A stretch of 64,000 bases of DNA, from NCBI RefSeq assembly GCF_038025025.1, contig NW_027117338.1, positions 2,046,001 to 2,110,000 of the forward strand, written 5' to 3'. The DNA comes from Phyllosticta citribraziliensis. Taxonomy: Eukaryota. The position numbers and the translations under genes are program-made. Each line of letters begins with the position of its first letter. The stretch's first letter is position 1. The notes under the pieces were generated by a model, which searched no databases, was not told where the DNA came from, and worked only from the letters and a program-made list of their open reading frames with translations. Below, one piece after another: positions 37,086-47,186 of this stretch.

Positions 37086-38805
37086 ATGATTGCTCAGGGG
37101 TCTGCTGTCTTGTCTAGTCTTACCAAACTCCTGCCGACGTTGGTGCTGATAACAATAGCCGGCCTAATTTGGTCCGTTTTTGGGCGTCCGAACATCACCG
37201 CCAAAAGGCCAACTTTGCCGAAATATGCCCCTTACGAGATATTTCTGGCCAGCACCTGTCTGATCGCTGGAGGCTTGCGACTCAAGATCATGTAAGTCGC
37301 CGGACTTTTCTCGCTTCAATCCCTCGTGATGCACCTCTCATCATCTTTCCGTCCTCAGCTCCCTCATCCGGAAATATGGGGGTCCATTATTTGGCATCAC
37401 ATCCACCCACCAAGTCATTTACCAAAAGGAAGGCATCGACCGCTTCCTCTCACAGCCATTGCATACTCTGGACAATGAACCCGTCGCTTGGACCATCCAC
37501 ACACGCGTCTTTGGCGCAGAGAATGACCCCGTCCTCCGTCACAAGACCGGCGTTGCCCGGAAGGAGCTGTCCATCGCCGTCGAAAGAGTCTACATGTCAG
37601 ATGCACTCTCGTCTGAATGCATCCTAAGGGCCGACATACCCAGACGTGCCGGTTCGCTCGTCACGCTCTCGAATTCGCAAACCCCGAATCCTTGGGAGAA
37701 TCTTGCGCAGTACCGGTTGCTAGCACCAGAAACAAAACATCAGCCAGGAGCAGCTGAACTTGAACTCTTCAACCTGATCCGCAGCTTCGGGGCTGCCATC
37801 TCGATCCCCATGCTCTATGGATCCTACTTTATGAACAAATGCCCCAATATCCTGCAAGACTTTTGGGCTTTTGACAATGACTGCTTCCCGCTCGTCATGG
37901 CAGGACTTCCCACTTGGGCTCCGATGAAGAATTTCCAAGAAGGACTAGCGGCCCGGAATCGAATCAACCGGACCCTTGCCGAGTTCTACGAACTGATCGA
38001 CAGATTCCAACGCGGCGGACATGTCGACCCGTCCATCGATTTGACAGATGTGAGCCAGATTGTTCTGGAGAGAAGCAAAATCTACGGCAACTACGACTTT
38101 TCGTATAGGCACCGTGGAGAGATCGACTCAGCGCTGCTTTGGGGTCAAAACGGCAACATGCATCAGTCCACCTCGTGGCTCGTCATTTACATCTATGCCA
38201 CGCCAGGCCTTTTGGATTCGCTGCGGGAAGAAATCGCACCACACACATCTCTGTCAGAAGCAGATGACTCTGGCCACCCACACATCACGCGCCTCGACAT
38301 CGCCGGCCTCCAAAAGCGCTGTCCCCTCCTGCGCTCCACCTGGCTGGAGACGTTCCGCGTCGCCAACGAACCCTCGTCGTTGCGCTACATCGCCAAACCG
38401 ATCCAGGTGACGCCCGAATCGGCGACGCTGCAGCCAGGCACCTTTGTGACTGTGCCGCACGCGATCAACCAGCACGACGCGTCGCTGTACCCGCAGCCCG
38501 AGCGCTTCATCCCCGATCGATTCGTGCGCATCGACGCGGCGACAGGCCAGCGCAGCGCCCCCTACGGCCCGCTCAAGCCGTGGGGTGGCGGCCATGGCAT
38601 CTGCAAGGGTCACGTCTTTGCCGAGAAGCACATCTTCGCCGTCGTCGCTTGCGTCGTGTCGCTGTGGGATTTCGCGCCTGCGGGCGGCGGCGGCGGAGGA
38701 GCGTGGAAGGTGCCCGGGATGCGGCCGGGCACAGGCGTCATGAGGCCGGCGGAGGAGCTGCGCGTCGTCGCAAAGAGGAGAAAGATGAGCAGCAGCAGAG
38801 TTTGA
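37086..38805 (+). CDS. Cytochrome P450 with a CYP7/CYP8-like I-helix
   Basis: N-terminal membrane anchor; intron 37292-37358; ExxR motif (ETFR), PERF, and heme-binding motif PWGGGHGICKG. Confidence 0.92.
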
Positions 38806-39596
38806 GATTGATTTAGGGTTCGGAACAGGCGAGCGACGAAAAAGAATTGCAAGACGACCTACCACCATTTCCCCCGACTAATTGACCTGCAGGGCGTCGT
38901 GGCGGGACAACATCGAGAACTGAAGTGCAACGACTAACAATGACGACATGGTGATGCGTCGCGAGACGGAATGTCACGATAAGGTGGAAAGTCAAACTTT
39001 TTTCGTAGGGCGCTTGCTCCCTGTCTTCTTTTTCCTTCGTTTCTTCTTTTTCTTCTTCTGTCTTTTTGACTTCGCGGCCGGACGGGACGGACTCTTTTGC
39101 GTTGCTGCAGGATTGACTTTGCTGGACGTCATTGCTACCCGTTGGCTCGGTATCAATTTATTCACACCCCTGGCTCCTTGCCGACATGCTGTACGAGCGA
39201 GGCAGGACATGCGCGCGCGCGTGCGCGGGCGCGTATTCTCAACACCCCGCCATGCCATGCGGACGGACGTCCACCTGGGCCATACGGACAGGATCACGAT
39301 GCGCGGAAACTCTGACTGCGGAAATCCCGGACTGCCCTTTCAGAAACCAGCACCCGACGAGCACGTGCTCGGTCGTATCTTTCTATTTGCGCGTACGGGG
39401 TAATCGGGCCATCATGTGTCTATCTGAATTTATCAGTCATTTTGGACGCCTGTAAGTTGCTGGCTTTGCAGGTTATCAGGGAGAACTGCGGTCTCAGGAG
39501 AGAGAGAGAGACTGTCATCTGGGAGGGGTGATCCTACCTTCTGCGCCTTTGGACATCTTTCAAGTGTGGATTGTTTGGCTGGAGCGCCATTCTGAC

Positions 39597-40100
39597 TTAC
39601 GGTAGCCGCTCGTTCTGGCACTGACACGCCGTCTGTAATGAGTGACCGGGCCTATGAACGTTGCTGTTGACAGCTACTATGGATTCGTCGTTCCGCCATG
39701 AGGGATAGAGATAATTCATACATGCCGCTTGGTCAAAGTCCACGTCCGGAAGAGGCAATTGGTTGACAGATATATCTTCAAACGTCTACGCCATGTCGTC
39801 AATCTTTTGGAGCGACATTTCAGTCAGTCGACACTGCTGCTGCTTTGTCCCATACAGCACAAAGGCCTGTCCGAAAAGAGCAATCGAGCCCGCTGCCGTT
39901 TGTTCGAACGTCTACACAATGTCGTCCATGATTTGTTGGGCCGACATTTCGGGCTCAGCGTTCTCCAGTTGCGCAGTTCCGCACAGGTAAAATGTTGCCG
40001 TCAACACAAAGTCAGCGTAGTCGTGTGGGGCGATGCTTTGCTGAAATGGCACTTTCAGCGGCTCCGGGAATTTGAAGGATGCATGACAAGAAGAGCATCT
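39597..40100 (-). pseudogene. Possible decayed or interrupted coding sequence with a 126-bp internal duplication
   Basis: Protein-like minus frame of about 165 codons, interrupted only by two TAG codons (39914-39912 and 39788-39786) at equivalent positions of two diverged repeat units. Confidence 0.3.
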
Positions 40101-40571
40101 TGGGTTGTGAAGTCAAAAGTGCAGGATGACTGCTCGAGTGGACTAGCTGTAGCATCAAGACCAAATCGGGAGGCACGACAAGACAGCGACCTTCCAAACG
40201 GCAACAGATCTCACAAAACGCACTTTCAGGAAAGAGCAAGATTTTTCGCTTTATTTCAAAACTCTCTTCTATCATCCAGCAGTGGCCCTTCTTCATATTC
40301 CGTACCAGTTGCCCGGCGAGACATCATCCGGGTCCCGTTCTATCATTATACCTTTAACCCCCAAAGTGTTCAGAGTACCGTAGTATTCGTACATGTTGGT
40401 CGATTAGACAATACATTTGCACACCCCAGCAAGAGAGAGGGTGGGTGATGTTGATCGCAGAATGGGGAAATTCCGCTTGTGCTCAAACTCAAAGCGTACT
40501 TGGTCAGTATGGTTGCGTGATGTTGTTGTGCAACACCGAGGATGAAACCTTGGAAACCTCGTGGCTAATGT

Positions 40572-43091
40572 TCACATCTGATGAGATGGACTGTTCGCGG
40601 TGGATGCATGGGCTCCTTGCTTTTGGGCAATGGCCCTGGCCTCCGCTGGGGTAGGGTCTTGCGAACGACGAGACCCGCCATGAGCGGTGCCACCATTCCC
40701 ATTAGCAGTGGTATTCCTCGCCATGGATGGTCCTCCCTGACGCGAATTGGTGTCGTCTCTATTGTCCGATTGTTGCGAGTTGCTGTTGTTGCTGTTGTGA
40801 TTGTTGCCTCCAAAAAACTGCGGCTGCGGCGGGTCGTCTTCGATCGAGTCGAAGATGTCCTTGTGAGGTCTGCCGTGCGCAACATCTTCGAGAATCCGCC
40901 ACGCGCGGCGGAATTCCTCGCGGATGGCAACTATTCCTTGGTGGCTGACGGTGCGACCGACGTTGTGGTCGAGTTCGAATGGGTCTTGTATGCAGACCAG
41001 GTAGCGATGGCGGATTTCTTTCTTCTACAGAGCGTGTTAGCATGTAGGAATGGTTTAGCAGTTTCGTGGACCTACGCTATTCTTCTCGACTCGTGCTCTC
41101 GTCCATCCGAGCTCACCCTTTGTGACCATCCTCTCCCATGGCTTGCGCTGACCAAACGTAATGACGTCGCGCGTCCAGTGAAAGCCCCCAACACGATCGG
41201 GTATGCCTGGACGACCATAGTAGCTGAAGAAGCCCCTCAGCAAGGCACCAAGGCTGTCTTTGTTCTTGGTCCACTGTCCCTTTTGCTTCATCTCTTGAAT
41301 GTATTTTTCGTCGCCACAAAATTTGACTCTGTGTCCTTCAACGACAACGTCAGTCAAGTTGGGCCTCGCCGCCTCGTTGGCAAAGCTCAACGGGGTTTGA
41401 AGATCTTGAATAACGGGATCGTTTGGCACACGCATGAGGTAGTGGAGCACCATGAGGGCATATCCGTAGGACGAAAGAGTCCCGTTGTAGGAGCTGTTGA
41501 TCTTGCGCTTCTTGGCCCAGGCTTTGACAAATATGACCATGTCACGAACCCGCTGGTCACTAATGGCGTAGCAGTGAAGTAGTCTCGTGTTATAAATGCC
41601 CAGGTGACCAGCAAAGTTGAGATCACACAGTATTCCAACGCCGTCTTTGGGAAAGTCTAGAGGTCCGATAGGCTTCTCGCGAAGCCAGAGTTTCTCTTGG
41701 CGGGAGTCGCGCTTCGCATGGTCCGCAGAGCCTTTCTGGCCTTCGTCCAAGTGGTTTGCGTCGTGATCAATTGACTGAGCTGTATCCTCGTGGTTCTTCT
41801 TGATAGCTGGTCTGTTGCCCTCGGACGGTGACTTGTCTTGCGGTGTGTTTCTCCCCTTTGAAGCAGTTGCATTTCCATCTTTGGTGGTGGAATCCTTGGT
41901 AGGGGCAGGGCTCGCTTCAGGAGTTGTATCAGCATCATTTTGCCCCTCTGCCGCATCTTCCTCACTGCTCTTGTCTGTGCCCTCCAGAATGGCCGCTTTT
42001 TCCTCTTCAGGCAGGTCGTCCCATTTTTGTCGCTCAGCTCTCAAGTTCTCAAGAAGCTCCTGGGGGGGCATCTCGCAAAACTTGATGATGGGCACCCGCG
42101 TGTTTGTCAGTAGGCGTGCTCCGAAACCGTTGTCGAGGAAAATCTTTTCAAGGGCACGTGGACCATACTTTCTTGCCGATTCGGTGTCGTCTTCGTTGTG
42201 CGCAACGACAGCCAAGTCAATATCCGAGCCTTTGGTGACGAATCCAGTGCCAATGCTACCAAAGCATTTGAATTCGAGCTTTGGGACGTTGGGCATGCTG
42301 CTCATCTCGGCCTGGCAAATGCTCTGCAGACGATCTACAAAGTCCAATTTGTGTTTGAACTCGCCATCTGCCATCGCCACATCGGGGACCAGTGAGGTAG
42401 CGAGTTGAGTAAGGTAATTGGATTGAGCTGAAGCGTGATTGTTCTGACGCTCGAGGAACTGCTGCCTCTGATTGGGGTAAGGATCATAGAGCTGCGCAGC
42501 TGGTTGACCGGGACCACGCATCGGACCACGAGGATGCTGGTGCGACAGAATTTGGTGGTGGTGGTTGCCGGGGGGCATTGAACCTCGAAAATGGGTCGAG
42601 CTACCCGGCGGTCCGCGGTTCTGAGACTCCACTCGTAAGCGCTGGGGATTCTGGGACGGTTGCACACTTTTCAGCTCTGGTTGTTGTTGCATATAGTTGG
42701 GTGGAATGCCCCGGTTGCGCATGTGCATAGGGACATGATCATTGCCTTGACGATGCTGATTGAAACCTGGCGGGGGTGCCTGAGTAGACGGGAGAGGCTG
42801 GCGATGTTGGCCAGTGTTGGATTGACCACGACCATTGTGGAATCCGCGACGACCCTCGCCGTGGAATCGTTGCGGGGAGTCGTGGGGCAAGCGACCTTGA
42901 AATCGATCCTGGGGCGGAGCGGGGCGCTGGGATAGCGGAGCGGAGCCGGCGGCAGGATGTGGATTGTTGGTCTGTGTGGGCGATGACTTCACAGCAAATT
43001 GGTTTCCGGGTTGTGTTTGAGGCGCATCTTGGCCGGAACTGTTTTTCAAGATCATAGACCGGAGCTGGTCCTCCAAGGGTAAAGTGTTCAT
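40572..43091 (-). CDS. Cid1/CutA-CutB-like non-canonical poly(A)/poly(U) polymerase (terminal nucleotidyltransferase)
   Basis: FGSIGTGFVTKGSDIDL (GS...DxD), RVPIIK, CDLNF, GTLSSYGYALMVLHYL and LGALLRGFFSYYG. After intron 41075-41025: YLVCIQDPFELDHNVGRTV...IREEFRRA. Start codon is tentative. Confidence 0.9.
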
Positions 43092-43730
43092 GGTGAAGTC
43101 AGGGAGGGAGTTCAAGGGTTGGGAACCTGAGCCAGGAAGAGGATTGACAGGCTGGTCAAGGCCACAGGCGACGAAGCGTATGTAGAAGGCTGGATATTTA
43201 GCTGGGTGGGCTTCCAGAAGATGGAAGCAAGGTCAGGAAACGGGGACAGGGACGCCGGGAGAAACGCGAGTCTCAGACAGGCGTGGTCCTGTGAAGATGG
43301 AGAGAAGTTTGTCCAGAGCGGCTGGGGCCAAAGCACATCTTGGTCCACGTCCCCAGGTCGGCAAGCGGGATTGATTTGCCAAAACGTCGTGGACGCGTTG
43401 TCGTGGGGTGGAGTGAGCCAGATGCAGAGGGCATCGAGAGGGTCGAAACGCGATCCCATAAACCGCAGGCGTAGGGCTGAGGAGCTTGGGTCTGTTGCGT
43501 CAACCAATCGGCGTTTCGACTGCTCTCCGTCTTGGCGTCCGTCGGCCGGAAAAACGCAGCGTCCCGGCGACCTCACAGCCTACCTGTACCTACCTAGCAC
43601 TGCCTGGTCTGCTTGCATGCGCTCATCCTCCCATACCTACATGACCCATCTCTCACACAATCCGCACCTCTTCCTTCACACCCTGCACAAAGGCCTTTGA
43701 CCCCGTCGACCCACAACCTCCGCCGTCACG

Positions 43731-43737
43731 TATATAA
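43731..43737 (+). promoter_or_regulatory. Candidate TATA box of the TFIIF alpha gene
   Basis: TATATAA about 170 bp upstream of ATG 43903, followed by a CT-rich tract. Confidence 0.35.
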
Positions 43738-43902
43738 TACGGACACCCGCAATCCGCATGTTCCCACCCGCCCTTTGACGTCTCTCCGCTCGCCTCCAGC
43801 TCCGATCGCCTACTCCACCTGAGCTCGCGCGCTCACGTCGCTGCTCCTCTGCGCTGGTCCTCGTCACACCATCACACATACTCAAAAGACACGCGGCACA
43901 GG

Positions 43903-46056
43903 ATGAGCGCCTCTCCTGCAGGTCCTCCCGGGGCTACTCCCAACAGCGCTCCTGCTACCAATACCCCCAACGGCGGCGCGCCCACCGCCGTCCGTCGCGC
44001 CAAGCCCAAGGCAAACCCTTTGGTCGATCCCCGGAGACAAAGACAAAGACGGATTGCACAAAGAGCTGGCACTCCTGCCGGAACTCCCAGCCAGCCCAGG
44101 CCGACTTCCAATGGGGGCGAGTCGCAAACCAAGTACGAAGAATTCAAGCCCACCCAGAGCGATGTCAAGTGCGACCACTTCAAAGTCGTGACGACCAAAC
44201 GCTCCATGCTTGAGGGGCTCCGCCACCATGTCATGAAGTTCCAGTCCAAAAATGAAGTCGATCCCACTGATCAGGTCGAATTCACGCGGCCTATACGCCT
44301 TCACAGACGGGACGCTGGTGCAGGGAAATCTGGCGCGGGGGCTGGTGAAGTCGAGGAGGAGGAAAACGAAGAAGATACCAAGGAGAGGGCACGCATCGAA
44401 GCTCAAAAGGAACAGCGGAGACGTGAGCGTGAAAACGCCCAAGCTCAGATCGCGCCCAAGTCCAAGACCAAGACAGTCACCGACAACCGGAAAAAGATCA
44501 TGCAAATCTACGAGCGGAATGACACTCCAGAGGCGGTCAAAGCTTCGCGACTGCGCTACGAAGAGACGCTCCCATGGCACCTTGAGGACTTTGACAACAA
44601 AAACACTTGGGTTGGAAGCTACGAAGCTGCCTTGTCTGACACTCATGTTGTGTTTTTCAGAGAATCTGGTCACGTTGATCCTCAGACAGGCGTCAAGGGT
44701 GAAGATAGGCTACGTATGGTGCCCGTGGAAAAGTGGTACAGGTTCAATGCCAAGGACAAGGCGAACTCCCTTTCGCTGGATGACATTGAAAAGCAAGAGA
44801 AAGCGGGCTCTACTTTGACGCGGTGGGCATTGCACGGTCAGGGTGCTGACGGACCCAAGAAACCCAAATGGATGCGGGAGAAGGAGCAGGAGAAGGAGAA
44901 CAAGAAGAGGTTGGAGGAGATGGGCATGAAGTCGAAGCTTTATCTGCGCAGTGCAGGACGAGGTGACGAAGAAGCTCCCAGAAAGCGGGTCAACGACGAC
45001 GACTACTTTCAGACGGACGCTCCCGACGCAGACGTCATTGATTTCGACGAGCAGGAGCACTTCGCTGACGACGAAGAGGGCGTTAACGGCTTATTTGAGG
45101 GTGAGGACGAAGACACCAAGGCCGCTCAAGATCGGATCAAGCGTGAACAGCTTTCTGCCAATTTCTTTGCCAACAAGAATGAGAAGGACGTCTGGGAGCA
45201 AGAGGAATCTGAGAGGATGGAGAAGGAGCTCGTAAGAAAGCTTGAGAAGAGCCTTCGCAAGAAGATTGTCAAACGTGAAAAGAATTACAACTACGACCTT
45301 GAAGACAGTGACGAGAACCCCTACTCGTCCGACAGCGATTCCGAGGACAGCGAGACTGAACGTCGAAAGGAGGAGGAGCGCAAAAAGGAAGAGGAGCGTC
45401 TTGCTGCTGAGAAGGAAAAACTGAAGCCCGGCGAGAGCAGTGCAACTCAGCCCGCATCTGGCAGCTCTAGCAAGGGCAGCAACACACCTGCCAGCCAATC
45501 TAAGTTGGGCAACACCAAGCTTTCAACGTCGGCCTCGCAGCAGAACCTCAAACGCTCCGGTTCCCCCAACCTCTCGGAAGCCTCAGGAAACGAGTCGGCG
45601 CGCAAAAAGCACAAGAGAAACCCAGGATCCGGCACCGACAGCGAGGCCACCGATTCCGGCGTGAAGAAGATGAACCGCGTCCATCCAATCACAAGCACGG
45701 CCAACAGGTCCCGCAGTGGTACTCCTGCCGGCCCCAGTCGCCCTGGCAGCCCTGTGGCAGGCTCTGTGGCCGGAGCGCCCGCCAGTCGTGCCGCTTCTCC
45801 TGGAGCTCTCGCGGCAAATCAAGCGAACGCTCTCAAATCTCGTACTGCTGCCCCCGCAGCCAACTTGCCGCCTCCGAGTGTCGAAGAGATCCGCGCCGTC
45901 ATTCCACCCCAGGGTGCCAGCATGACCCAGCTCATTTCGGCTTTCAAGGGAAGGCTGAAACCGCACACCCAAAAGGAGTTCATCGTCAATGTGAAGAAGG
46001 CTGGCACCTACGACAAGGACAAGAAGATCATCCTGCCCAAAGCCGGCGGCTCCTAA
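43903..46056 (+). CDS. TFG1: Transcription initiation factor TFIIF subunit alpha (RAP74/Tfg1)
   Basis: GLRHHVMKF, FTRPIRLHRRD, LRYEETLPWHLEDFDNKNTWVGSYEAALS, MVPVEKWYRF, acidic FADDEE region and a C-terminal winged-helix-like segment. Intronless ORF. Confidence 0.92.
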   Translation: MSASPAGPPGATPNSAPATNTPNGGAPTAVRRAKPKANPLVDPRRQRQRRIAQRAGTPAGTPSQPRPTSNGGESQTKYEEFKPTQSDVKCDHFKVVTTKRSMLEGLRHHVMKFQSKNEVDPTDQVEFTRPIRLHRRDAGAGKSGAGAGEVEEEENEEDTKERARIEAQKEQRRRERENAQAQIAPKSKTKTVTDNRKKIMQIYERNDTPEAVKASRLRYEETLPWHLEDFDNKNTWVGSYEAALSDTHVVFFRESGHVDPQTGVKGEDRLRMVPVEKWYRFNAKDKANSLSLDDIEKQEKAGSTLTRWALHGQGADGPKKPKWMREKEQEKENKKRLEEMGMKSKLYLRSAGRGDEEAPRKRVNDDDYFQTDAPDADVIDFDEQEHFADDEEGVNGLFEGEDEDTKAAQDRIKREQLSANFFANKNEKDVWEQEESERMEKELVRKLEKSLRKKIVKREKNYNYDLEDSDENPYSSDSDSEDSETERRKEEERKKEEERLAAEKEKLKPGESSATQPASGSSSKGSNTPASQSKLGNTKLSTSASQQNLKRSGSPNLSEASGNESARKKHKRNPGSGTDSEATDSGVKKMNRVHPITSTANRSRSGTPAGPSRPGSPVAGSVAGAPASRAASPGALAANQANALKSRTAAPAANLPPPSVEEIRAVIPPQGASMTQLISAFKGRLKPHTQKEFIVNVKKAGTYDKDKKIILPKAGGS

Positions 46057-47186
46057 GGGCACTCAGTTAGTCCGTGTGATCCTGACTAAGACTTGCGCCG
46101 ACACTTGCCCTTGTCGAGGCCCAGCAGTGCCTTCTTGCAAGTGTATAACAGCGGATATTCACCACTCACTCACATCACTATGTACAGCACACCGGGCCGT
46201 GGGCTTTGCATCGAACCATGCAAACCACTCTCTTTTCTCTTTCATCTTGTCTCCCACATCACCTCACTCTTGGCATTTGAGGGGATCTTGCACGGCGTTC
46301 ATTGGCGGCATGGAACGAAGACTGAACGGGCGACATCTTCCTGCTTCCCCCTTTGAGTCATGCACTGCATGTTTCCTTGCCATAGAAGTTGGAATGCTGG
46401 CATGTCGGGAGATATCAGCCCCTATCGACGAAAGGGGCTCGATCGACTGGATGCAGTCAAAAAAATTGCAATGCTGGGAGACGACATTTTGTTGAGTGAC
46501 GAGATTGGGACGGGACAGGCAGGCAGATGGTTAGTCAGCTAGGCTAGTGGTGGTCTGGTTGCTTGATGAGATTCAGCACAGAGAAAAACAACAAAAAGCG
46601 ATTGTGCACCAACCTGTTGTTTTGCAAAGCCTTCCCGTGTGAATTTTCGATGTGCCATTGCTAGGCATGGAATCTACAAAGGCTGTGTTTGCTGCATGCT
46701 GACTGACTGACAAGGCATGTGAGTCTGTGGGTTGCTCCACGCTCTGCTATGCTCAAAATCCCTAGGCTAGGGTAGCTGTCAATGATTCATTGTGGGCTCC
46801 CATGTCATTTCGAAGGCTCACTACGTCTGGCGCAAAGGACAAGCCCACCACAAACAATCTCAAACAGAAGAATCTGATCGCTTCTAGAAAAAGCCGAATC
46901 AAGGAGATCCGTCGGTCAATTTCACCGCGTCCAGTCTCTCTAACTACGGAGTCGTGTCATCTCCAGTCCAATCCAATCCTAACCCAGGGTATATCTCTCG
47001 TGTCTAAAGCCCATCCAGCAATGAAAGCCCGTTCTGTCCACTCTCTTCCAAGAGCAATCCCAAACTCCCCAAATCCCAAGCTCCCAAGCCAACAGAAACC
47101 GAAAGTAATAGAAGGTCGTACGTGCATGCTCCAAGTCACCACAGGGTCAGCCTATGCATGCACAGCACAAACGCACCTGCCCTGCC

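Noticed and set aside
38812..38820. TTTAGGGTT as a telomere seed or telomerase RNA template
   Set aside because: A single short match just after the P450 stop, with no other supporting structure.
46564..46710. TGATGA...CTGA as a box C/D snoRNA
   Set aside because: The C box lacks the leading purine, and I could identify no terminal stem or rRNA-complementary guide.
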